64,000 nucleotides of DNA from an uncultured Syntrophaceae bacterium (GTDB taxonomy: Bacteria > Desulfobacterota > BSN033 > UBA1163), in the NCBI GenBank assembly GCA_964517975.1, contig CAZFDM010000242.1, positions 143-64,142 of the forward strand. Reading direction: 5' to 3'. A model generated the notes under the pieces. The model was not told the DNA's origin and did no database searches. It was given only the letters and a program-made list of their open reading frames with translations. Below, piece after piece: positions 49,225-57,797 of the stretch (position 1 is its first letter; each line of letters begins with the position of its first letter). The position numbers were made by a program, and so were the translations under genes.

Positions 49225-52200
49225 TTATTTCTTTTCAGGAAGCAGATGCTCGAGATGTGGAAACTTATCCTTCATATGAGGAATCCACATGGCCTGGGCA
49301 AAAATTTTATCGAATCCTGGCTCCAGGGTGAGTTCTAAATATTCTACCCTCCGTGCAATCCAATCCGCCTCTTTCCTCTTGTCCACATTGAGAAGGGCCA
49401 TACGGGCTCCATCGCCAGCCGCATTTCCTACAGAATAGACATTCTTCGGATCACAGTCAGGGAAAAGCCCTAAAAGTGCGGCTGATGTCTTATCAATATA
49501 ACTTCCAAATGCCCCTGCTAAGATGACTTTGTCTATCTTTTCTACACCCAGAGCCCGCATCATAATCTTGGCCCCTGCATACATGGCTCCTTTGGCCAGT
49601 TGAATCGCCCTGATATCATCCTGACATATCACAATATCCTGCCCAATCGATGTTTCGTTGGCCCAGGCAATGACAAATTCGGGTTGACCATTGACCTCAC
49701 GATATCGAGGAGTGTTAAGATTCTTATTAAAACGGCCCGTCTTATCGATAATCCCTGCAAGGAAAAGTTGAGGGACGATATCAATAATCCCTGAACCACA
49801 GATGCCTTTCGCGCCCACCTCTTCTAATTCTGTATTCCACCCCTCCTTATCGATCACCTTGAAGCGGACTTCTTTGGTCTCAGGATCGATCTCAATCTTC
49901 TCAATCGCCCCAGGAGCAGCCCGCATACCGAATCTAATCTCCGCTCCCTCAAAGGCAGGACCTGTGGCACAGGAAGAGGAGATAAGTTTTTGTCTATTCC
50001 CAAGGACAAGTTCTCCATTGGTGCCGATGTCAATGATCAATTCAATGCTATCCTGGTTGTAAGGTTCCTCAGCAATCAGGACCCCCACATTGTCTGCTCC
50101 GACAAAACCTGCCTCAATGGGAAGCACATGGACATAGGCCCCTGGTGCAATTTTAATCCCAATATCCCTTGATATCTTTGCCTCTGGCCTTCCCTTCTCA
50201 GCATAAACACTGCAGTTAAGACATCTCTTTGATTCTTCGATGGCAATCTCCACCCGATCGGCAAACCCCAATTCGACTTCCTCAAAACCCGTTCTTTTTT
50301 CAGGCTCAATAAGAAATAGGGGTTTACGCTCCTCTTTTTCAATTCCCTCCTTTGGAACGTCTTCAATCTTCTTCTTCTTGGCAGGCCTCCCTTTGACCAG
50401 ATCCACTCCTGAGAGATAGAGTTCAATTGAGATGGCCCCCTCTTGCCCAGCACTTACAGCAGAAATCACATCGGCTGGACCTAAGACCGCATCCCCTCCA
50501 GCAAATACCCCATCTATATTTGTCTTCAACGTAATTGGATCTACTAAAATAGTCCCAGATTTCGTGTACTGAAGTTCATTGACAAACATCCTTTGGTCTA
50601 TAGCCTGACCTACAGCAATGATGAGTTGGTCCACATCGATATGAAAATCTGACCCTTGGATGGGGATAGGAGTGGGTCGACCACTTTCATCGGGCTCTCC
50701 AAGTTCCATCCGGATACATTGAATCCCGTTGAGTTTCCCATCATTGGCCAGGGCCATGATCGGAGATGCCAGGAAATGAAACTTCACCCCTTCCTTTTCA
50801 GCCTCTGAAATCTCGGTTCTGATGGCAGGCATCTCATTTTGGGAACGACGATAGATAATCAAAACTTCCTCTGCTCCAAGACGTCTGGCCACTCGGGCAG
50901 CGTCGATGGCAGCGTTACCGCCACCCACTACAGCCACCCTTCTACCCACCTCAACCTTCTCCCCAGAATTTACCTTTTTCAAAAATTCAAGCCCATGGAT
51001 CACTCCTTTTGACTCTTCATTGGGAATACCCATCCTCTGGCTCTTCCAAGCGCCGGTTGCTAAAAAGATTGCCTTATATCCCTGATCGAAAACCTCTTTG
51101 AGGCTTTGCACAGGATGATTGGTCTTTATCTCCACACCCAACTCTTCTATGTAACCAATCTCCTCGTCCAGAACCTCCTTCGGAAGCCTGTAGTCGGGGA
51201 TGCCATACCGAAGCATTCCTCCAGGCTTAGGAGCGGACTCAAAGACTGTAACAGGATAGCCCCTTCTCACGAGTTCATAGGCGCAGGAGAGCCCTGCTGG
51301 TCCTGAACCGATAATGGCAATTCTTTCTTCCTTCGTCTTCTCAATGGGCGCTGCCCTCTTTCTACCATTTCTTAATTCATGGTCTGCTACAAACCGATGA
51401 AGTGCTCGAATGGAAAGAGGCTGATCTACCTTTCCTCTCTCGCATTCAACCTCGCATGGATGAGTGCAGACACGACCGCATACTCCAGGGAAAGGCATTG
51501 CCCTTCTAATCTCTTCAAGGGCTTCCTCAAACTTTCCCTGAGCAATGTAATATAAAAAGTCTTGGCCACTGATTCCTGCAGGGCAGGCGACTTGACAGGG
51601 GGGGTATCCTCCAATTTCAACCGTTACTGCTTCAGGAAGTAGTTTGAGTCCCCAATCACGGGCTTTAATATCTAAGGAATGATGGAGTGAGGGGGCGAAA
51701 GGTGCACGTCCAATATTTCGAGGATCGATGTTGAGAAAGAGATGGTGCATACAGGTATTGCCAACAATGGTCATATCCAGAATGTCTGTCCTTTTTATTC
51801 CCGCAATAGCAGTGGCCTCCTCAACAATTCCATTCAACCCATCCAGAATGGCCTGGTTCATATGCTCAAGACCATCAGGGTTTGTCATGGTATAACTGAT
51901 TCGGGACATTACATCCTCGCCATAAATGACTTGAGGATTCATCATGGAGGCAGTAGCTACCAACTTCCCATTGGTGAGATCGCAGAGATAACCGGCAACT
52001 GTTGTCGTTCCTACATCCACAGCCAAACCAAAAGCCCTTTTAACATTCCCAGGTTCAACTTTGATCACCTCTCGGTCATGCCAGACAGAAACCGTAACCT
52101 TCCAATCGCCTTGACGCACAACCTCCTGGAGGGTGACCAAAACCTGATAGTCGATGGTTAGGTTTTTCAGTCCATATTGCTTTTCAAGTTCTGTCGTCAA

Positions 52201-52674
52201 ACGTTCCCAATCTCCCCTTGTATCTTCTAAGGTTGCCTTTGGTAATTCTACATAATATTTTTTGACTGCAGGTTTGAGTTCGATATTAATCTCTTTGGCT
52301 GCCTTTCGAACCACCTGTTTTCCCATTCGGCTCTCTTCAGGGACAAAGACGATGATATCATCCAAGATCTGAGCCTGACAGGCTAATCGGTAGCCCCCGC
52401 GTTCTTGCTGAAGGCTGAAAAATTTTCTCTCTGTTTGGCTCATGGGAGAGAGGTGATCGAGACTTGATTCCACCCCATACTTTTCAAAGATTCCCTGCTC
52501 TACCCTCACCTTACACTTCCCACAGATGGCCTTCTCACCACATATCCCCTCAATATCCACTCCAAGTGCAATCGAAGCCTCTTTAAGGGTCTTCCCCTTA
52601 GGGATAAAACCTCTTCGACCTGAAGGTTGAAAGATGACCATGCATTTTTCAGAGGTCTCTTTCTTGCCTGCCAT
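49225..52674 (-). CDS. Reductive activator of corrinoid proteins (RACo-like: 2Fe-2S ferredoxin plus ASKHA/DUF4445) with an inserted GltD-like NAD(P)H/FAD/Fe-S oxidoreductase module
   Basis: N-terminal plant-type ferredoxin (CGEKAICGKCKV). ASKHA start LAVDVGTTTVAGYL. Inserted CPAGISGQD...CGRVCTHPCEVEC, IIGSGPAGLSCAYEL and VAVVGGGNAAIDAA Rossmann motifs. ASKHA resumes at IDIGTNGELVLGN...ICGSGIIDIV. Single 1149-aa ORF with no internal stops. Confidence 0.7.
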   Translation of the reverse strand: MAGKKETSEKCMVIFQPSGRRGFIPKGKTLKEASIALGVDIEGICGEKAICGKCKVRVEQGIFEKYGVESSLDHLSPMSQTERKFFSLQQERGGYRLACQAQILDDIIVFVPEESRMGKQVVRKAAKEINIELKPAVKKYYVELPKATLEDTRGDWERLTTELEKQYGLKNLTIDYQVLVTLQEVVRQGDWKVTVSVWHDREVIKVEPGNVKRAFGLAVDVGTTTVAGYLCDLTNGKLVATASMMNPQVIYGEDVMSRISYTMTNPDGLEHMNQAILDGLNGIVEEATAIAGIKRTDILDMTIVGNTCMHHLFLNIDPRNIGRAPFAPSLHHSLDIKARDWGLKLLPEAVTVEIGGYPPCQVACPAGISGQDFLYYIAQGKFEEALEEIRRAMPFPGVCGRVCTHPCEVECERGKVDQPLSIRALHRFVADHELRNGRKRAAPIEKTKEERIAIIGSGPAGLSCAYELVRRGYPVTVFESAPKPGGMLRYGIPDYRLPKEVLDEEIGYIEELGVEIKTNHPVQSLKEVFDQGYKAIFLATGAWKSQRMGIPNEESKGVIHGLEFLKKVNSGEKVEVGRRVAVVGGGNAAIDAARVARRLGAEEVLIIYRRSQNEMPAIRTEISEAEKEGVKFHFLASPIMALANDGKLNGIQCIRMELGEPDESGRPTPIPIQGSDFHIDVDQLIIAVGQAIDQRMFVNELQYTKSGTILVDPITLKTNIDGVFAGGDAVLGPADVISAVSAGQEGAISIELYLSGVDLVKGRPAKKKKIEDVPKEGIEKEERKPLFLIEPEKRTGFEEVELGFADRVEIAIEESKRCLNCSVYAEKGRPEAKISRDIGIKIAPGAYVHVLPIEAGFVGADNVGVLIAEEPYNQDSIELIIDIGTNGELVLGNRQKLISSSCATGPAFEGAEIRFGMRAAPGAIEKIEIDPETKEVRFKVIDKEGWNTELEEVGAKGICGSGIIDIVPQLFLAGIIDKTGRFNKNLNTPRYREVNGQPEFVIAWANETSIGQDIVICQDDIRAIQLAKGAMYAGAKIMMRALGVEKIDKVILAGAFGSYIDKTSAALLGLFPDCDPKNVYSVGNAAGDGARMALLNVDKRKEADWIARRVEYLELTLEPGFDKIFAQAMWIPHMKDKFPHLEHLLPEKK

Positions 52675-52693
52675 AAATTACTTCCCTTCTATT

Positions 52694-53527
52694 CTATGGG
52701 TTAGATTCAACTTCTTTCGGCTCTAATTCATCTCGCTTAAGAGCTCCATCCATTAGTTTATCTTGAGAGATGGTAGATTGGACTGCTTGATGAGAGGAAT
52801 CCTTCCTCTCCATCATGCTTGGATCAAACGGCTTGGTTCCACTTAGTTTTGCCAATTCATAACCCACTTCTATCAGATCGTTGGTCACTTCACGTCTTGC
52901 CCCATCGGCATCCCCCTGTTTTAGACATTCAAGGATGGCCCTGTGTGCCTTTTCAACTTTGAGGTAAAATTCTGGTCCTAATTTCAATTGGAATTTTATA
53001 TCATTTAAGATGTTATCAATAAAGTCCATGATGAGAATCAGGATTGGGTTCTCTGTCATTCGGGCAAGGAATCGATGAAACCCAATCTCTCTCGAAATAA
53101 CTGTTTGTTGGGAGCCGATATCTTCAGAAATCATCTTCTCCAATTTTTCAATATCCTCAGGTTTGATTCGTGAGGCTGCGAGTTGTGCAATGTGAGGCTC
53201 AAGGAAGTAGCGAATCATCGTAATGTCTTTGACAGAAACAGTCTTAAAATGAAGAAAGTTGATTATGCTGTGGATGGTGGTCTTCATATCGACTTCTGCA
53301 ATGAAGACCCCACCTGACATCCCTTTCCGTATCTCCACTAATCCCATCCCTTCAAGCACCCTTAATGCCTCCCGGAGGGTTGCCTTGCTCACAGCAAACT
53401 CACTCATGAGTTCTTTCTCGGAGGCTACCCTGTCCCCAGGTTTAAACTGGCCTGAAAGAACAGCATTTCTGATCTGTTCAACAATCTGGTCAGAAATCTT
53501 CTGGACTTTGTTAGCAGTCTGAAACAA
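52694..53527 (-). CDS. GntR/FadR-family transcriptional regulator
   Basis: N-terminal GntR wHTH (SEKELMSEFAVSKATLREALRVLEGMGLV) plus FCD-like C-terminus. Confidence 0.85.
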   Translation of the reverse strand: MFQTANKVQKISDQIVEQIRNAVLSGQFKPGDRVASEKELMSEFAVSKATLREALRVLEGMGLVEIRKGMSGGVFIAEVDMKTTIHSIINFLHFKTVSVKDITMIRYFLEPHIAQLAASRIKPEDIEKLEKMISEDIGSQQTVISREIGFHRFLARMTENPILILIMDFIDNILNDIKFQLKLGPEFYLKVEKAHRAILECLKQGDADGARREVTNDLIEVGYELAKLSGTKPFDPSMMERKDSSHQAVQSTISQDKLMDGALKRDELEPKEVESNP

Positions 53528-53714
53528 GGATGAATCTCACTATTTTGTAATTATTTAGGAGGTAGCGAAGTTATATTAAACAAAGTTAGAGGGAGATGTC
53601 AAGAAAAATGTCATAAATATTATAATAATATATAAAAAATAAATTACCTTTTAAAATCAAACAATTAGGTTATATTGAGTCCAACCATTTATTTCTTTAA
53701 AAATTACCTCTTTC

Positions 53715-54395
53715 TTATTTTTTCATCTCTTCTTCTTTTAGCATTTTTAAAAGTCTTATTGCTTCATCTACTGCAGTGCCTGCATTTTTGGCATATCCGT
53801 CTGCACCATATTTTTCTGCAATCTCGGGATTGAGAGGAGCCCCTCCCAACATGATCCTGACCTTTGGATTCTTAGCCCTTAACTTCTTTATAACCTCTGG
53901 CATGGAAAGCATACTGGTTGTCATCAATGCTGATATTCCAACGATATCGGAGTCTGTCCTAATCTGCTCCTCCACAAATTTATCTAAAGGAACATCTTTC
54001 CCCAAATCGTATACATTCCATCCTGCAACCTCAAACATCATCTTCACTAAGTTCTTCCCAATGTCGTGCACATCGCCCTCTACCACACCAAGGACAATCG
54101 AACCTTTGACCTCTGACTTTCTACCCGAGGCCTCAATGGCTGGTTTTAAAATATCTAAACCCGCATAGAGGGCATCTGCACACATCAGAAGTTCTGGAAC
54201 AAAATACTCTTTATTATTATACTTCTCCCCTGCCTCCATCATCCCCTCAGCCAGACCTTCCATTGTGGCCACAAATGGGTCTACACCCTCTTCCAACGCA
54301 ATCTTGGCCCACTTCTTAGCCTCCTCCTCTTCGAAATAGGCCACTGCATCATGTAACCCCTTAAGAATCTCCTTCGTCCTTTCTTCGGTTGCCAT
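53715..54395 (-). CDS. Corrinoid (B12-binding) protein of a methyltransferase system
   Basis: B12-binding DxHxxG motif (EGDVHDIGKN), 4-helix cap plus Rossmann; start taken at MATEERTKEIL. Confidence 0.85.
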   Translation of the reverse strand: MATEERTKEILKGLHDAVAYFEEEEAKKWAKIALEEGVDPFVATMEGLAEGMMEAGEKYNNKEYFVPELLMCADALYAGLDILKPAIEASGRKSEVKGSIVLGVVEGDVHDIGKNLVKMMFEVAGWNVYDLGKDVPLDKFVEEQIRTDSDIVGISALMTTSMLSMPEVIKKLRAKNPKVRIMLGGAPLNPEIAEKYGADGYAKNAGTAVDEAIRLLKMLKEEEMKK

Positions 54396-54436
54396 AAAGT
54401 TACTCCTCCTATCTCTGGATTGTAAACTTGATAGAA

Positions 54437-54763
54437 TCAAATGACAAAATCTCGAGCTGCTTTAATCATGGCCCTCATGTTCTCCGCCGGAGTCATCCCA
54501 GGAATGTTTCAACCGCCACGAAGAAGAAGACATCCATCCTTCCCTGCTTTCTGCAAGGTCTCTTTGGATTTTTCTTCAACCTCCTTGGGTTCACCCATTG
54601 CTAATAAGGTTGTATCAATATTTCCCATCAAACAAAATTTTGGCCCTAATATCTTTCTGGCCTCTTCAAAATCAACCTTACTGTCGAGACTTAAACCATC
54701 CACCCCTGTTTGAGCCATCAATTCAAGTCGGTCAGTAATATTTCCACCCTCAACACTCTCCAA
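54437..54763 (-). pseudogene. C-terminal remnant of an MtaA/URO-D-family methyltransferase paralog with in-frame TGA at the zinc-ligand Cys position
   Basis: Reads ...GPKFCLMGNIDT...KDGCLLLRGG-[TGA]-NIPGMTPAENMRAMIKAARDFVI, cf. WPGCDLWPVVPKENMETLIKAA in 47177..48214. A stop lies immediately upstream of the first codon, so about 250 aa of N-terminus are missing. Confidence 0.5.
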
Positions 54764-54875
54764 CTATTCAAAAAACTCTTATTATCTTCAATCTGTTGGA
54801 TATCCATCATTTCATACGACATATCAATTTGTCAAGAGGCCATCACGAGAGTTCTGAAAAAGCTCATTTTTTTAT

Positions 54876-55175
54876 GGTAGGGTAAGGTTTAAAACCCTTT
54901 GAATGCGGTCATTTATAATTTTAATTTTCTCACAATTTCTTTTAAATAAAATAAGTCTTTTCAGGGAATTAGATGTTATTGCTTAATCTTTATCGGTATT
55001 CGCACGCCCGATACGGACGGCCGGATACCGATAATAACTATATTTGTAGGGTAAGGGCTTGACCCTTACCTAAATTAATCCGTAGGGTAAGGGTTTATCC
55101 CTTACCGAGAAGTGGTAAGCCACAAGGACTTACCCTACAAAAAACCAACCCATAAAGGATTACCCTACAAATTTT
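54876..55175. repeat. Dense cluster of a 12-bp GTAGGGTAAGGG motif in both orientations, plus nested palindromes
   Basis: Direct copies at 54876, 55046, 55082; reverse copies (CCCTTACC, CTTACCCTAC, ATTACCCTAC) at 55058-55175; 9-bp inverted repeat tatcggtat/ataccgata at 54991-55033. Confidence 0.5.
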
Positions 55176-55309
55176 CTTAAAACGATTGTAAGCCAATAAA
55201 AAAGGCCCTATGGGGGTCGCTCATTCCCCCATAAAGTCTTAGAGATATCTTTAACGTGTAACCCTTCAAGGTAAATTCTCAATACGTTAAGGTACTGAGT
55301 ATCCCTAAA

Positions 55310-56764
55310 TTAGGCATGGGCAGAAGAATGGGAGTTGGCTTCAAGAATAAAAGATAGCCCATCCGAGAGTTGGGACATCCTTCCTAAAAACAGGCTACCT
55401 TTTCCAACGAACATCGCCCTCTTTATCTTCCCTTGCCTCATTGCTCGAATTGCATGGCCTATGTATGGCACCGCAGAGGGGATGTGGCCTTGTGTCGGAC
55501 AATATCCTAACATTCCCTTCTCTCTAACCCACTTATCGAGCTCCGTCTTATCAATCTCTTTGTTCATAGCCGCAAGAGAAGCCATGATTTTATAATTGGT
55601 TGCAGGAGTATCTCCAGCGCCAGCGGGAAGAGTAATTTCTGGATTATGTAACTCTGTGGAAAACTTATCAATATCCTTCATCTTCATTCCGAGTCTTTTT
55701 AGAGGTTTCAAAATTAGGGAACTCAGGATGGCTTGTTGAGGTGAACCCGCACCCACATCATGTTTACCTATAGAATCCAGACGAATCCGTGGACTTATAC
55801 CGTCATCCTTCGTAATCAATATGGCCATTCCAGCAAGAATATCCTCCAGAATCGGCATGTTATGTTTCAAATGGGCTGCAGACTTCATGCCTGCCTTAGC
55901 CAGACATCCTCCACCAGCCACGATTACATTTTTAAAGATTCCAGATTCAACTAAGGCCGCTCCATCCATGATTGCGTGATTGGGACCCACGCAGAATGCC
56001 CGAACATCATGACCTGTGGCATTGACACAACCTGCCATCTCAGCATAGGCTTTTGCTAAACTTCCACCTCCTCGATTGTACCTGTCTCCAACAGCAGTCT
56101 CTGTACAATCGAGAACAAATTCTACTTCGGTTGGATCCATATTCGCTAATTTTAAAAGATGTAGGATAGCCAAGACCCCAGAAGCCTTCGCGGTCAAGTT
56201 CTCCAGTAGAACTTGTGCCTTTAATGTATCGTCTCTTTCATGATCGCGTCTAAATGAGCCAATAAGCTTCCCATCATAAAAAATTGGTAGGGCATCTCCT
56301 TTTTCAATAATCTCCGTTATTTTCTCAATCGATTTCCCCTGACCCAGTTTCTTGATCCATGCCTCGCTTACAAAAGGATGAGAGGAAAACTTATCCTTGA
56401 TCTGCTCAATAAATTGAGGTTCCAGCCAGAACAGGTCAAAGTCATCGGCCGCTTTCATCCAACCATAAAATTCATCTTCTGGCATGATCTCCCCAAAGGG
56501 TCCATTCCGCTTTCCTTCTGGAAGCAGATGTTCATACCAGGGCTTGGGCACATTGTACAAAACCTCTGGCTCCATATTCCCAATATATACCTGATGGGGA
56601 ACATATCTGAGGGCTTCATCGTAACTCCTTAAATGATTGTATAATTGTTCTTTGACCTGAGGGTTGTCCTCAATATCTCGAGTAGGTTTGGATCCATATT
56701 GAACTAAGTCAGGGACATGGACAATGATATAACTGGCTTCTGGAATTACTACAGACATGATCAA
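55310..56764 (-). CDS. Glycine/betaine/sarcosine reductase component C subunit (GrdC-like)
   Basis: Recalled similarity to GrdC (VYIGN..PE.L...P.PWY, FGEIMP.DEF, FDLFWLE); operon context with grdA and thioredoxin. Confidence 0.55.
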   Translation of the reverse strand: MIMSVVIPEASYIIVHVPDLVQYGSKPTRDIEDNPQVKEQLYNHLRSYDEALRYVPHQVYIGNMEPEVLYNVPKPWYEHLLPEGKRNGPFGEIMPEDEFYGWMKAADDFDLFWLEPQFIEQIKDKFSSHPFVSEAWIKKLGQGKSIEKITEIIEKGDALPIFYDGKLIGSFRRDHERDDTLKAQVLLENLTAKASGVLAILHLLKLANMDPTEVEFVLDCTETAVGDRYNRGGGSLAKAYAEMAGCVNATGHDVRAFCVGPNHAIMDGAALVESGIFKNVIVAGGGCLAKAGMKSAAHLKHNMPILEDILAGMAILITKDDGISPRIRLDSIGKHDVGAGSPQQAILSSLILKPLKRLGMKMKDIDKFSTELHNPEITLPAGAGDTPATNYKIMASLAAMNKEIDKTELDKWVREKGMLGYCPTQGHIPSAVPYIGHAIRAMRQGKIKRAMFVGKGSLFLGRMSQLSDGLSFILEANSHSSAHA

Positions 56765-56782
56765 AAAATCTCCTTTCTCTAT

Positions 56783-57106
56783 TTAATCAACGATCTTCTT
56801 TACCGCCTCTTCAATTTCTTCAATTTTAAGGTTGTTTCCACTCAAACGATCCACCTCTTTCCCACCTTTATAGAGGAGAAATGTAGGTAATCCTAAAACT
56901 TTTAGGGTTAAACAGAGCCGTCTGTTTTTTGAAGCATCGACCTTTGTAATCTTCAATCTTTTTCCAAATTTTTCTTCTAACTTCTCTACCTGAGGTATTA
57001 GGGCCAAACAAGGAGCACATTGAGGCCCCCAAAAATCGACCAAAACAGGAATTTCTGACTCCACGACCTCTTTTTCAAAATTATCTGCATTAACCTCGCT
57101 CACCAT
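56783..57106 (-). CDS. Grd-associated thioredoxin with atypical CAPC active site
   Basis: WGPQCAPC motif; thioredoxin fold; located between grdA and grdC-like. Confidence 0.8.
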   Translation of the reverse strand: MVSEVNADNFEKEVVESEIPVLVDFWGPQCAPCLALIPQVEKLEEKFGKRLKITKVDASKNRRLCLTLKVLGLPTFLLYKGGKEVDRLSGNNLKIEEIEEAVKKIVD

Positions 57107-57255
57107 TGAATCCTCCTCTTTGGTAAAAATATTAACTTCCCTCTGAAAGTTGAATTCAGTGGTCAATAGACCTTTGAAGAGTTTTGATCACCCTATGGAG
57201 ACACTTTCATTGAAAAGTGCTCAAAAACAGCCTATTTCCTTCTAATAAAGGATTT

Positions 57256-57756
57256 TTAAGCATTCGATAAACACTTCTTTCGAAGTGCCTTGAGTTCTTG
57301 ACTTATTTTCTCAATCTTTTCCGGCTCAATTGCCATCGCCCAAATGCCTACTTGTTCTTCATAGACATCCTCAGGGATTGCGTCTCGAACCTCAGGCTCC
57401 AGGATATGATAAACAGGGAGTCCCAACGAGACTCCTGCCAATGGTCCAGAAAAAGAAGGATCTCCAGTAGTCACGGTTTCTGCTGTAATCATCACTCCAT
57501 CCAGATCGCTTGCACCAAGGACTACAATGATATCATCCTTAGGGATATTATCCTTTTGGGCTCTTTCCGCAATACTCTTCACCTGACCTTGATTTTCTGG
57601 ATCCATTGTTCCTGCAGCCGTTCAGACAAAACACTCTGTTACCTTAAAGGCGACATTGGCACCTGCTGCTTCAAGACATGTAGCAATGGCAGGACCTTGA
57701 ACTCCATCCCGCTCACCAATGATGATGGCTGTTTTGCCTTTGAGCCAATTATCCAT
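57256..57756 (-). CDS. grdA: Glycine reductase complex selenoprotein A (GrdA), Sec at TGA 57622-57624
   Basis: Hand translation upstream of the ORF-track start gives [56 protein letters not shown], the canonical CFVUTAAG motif. C-terminal half matches GrdA ([26 protein letters not shown]). GGGAGG RBS. Confidence 0.85.
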
Positions 57757-57797
57757 ATCTTCACACCTCCCTTTCTTCTACTTCTTAAATTTATTTT

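Noticed and set aside
55310-56764. The 484-aa protein after the thioredoxin as a Cys-type GrdB/PrdB homolog
   Set aside because: It has no GrdB signature (no ILTST-[U/C]-G..C block). The N-terminal pattern and position after trxA fit GrdC better.
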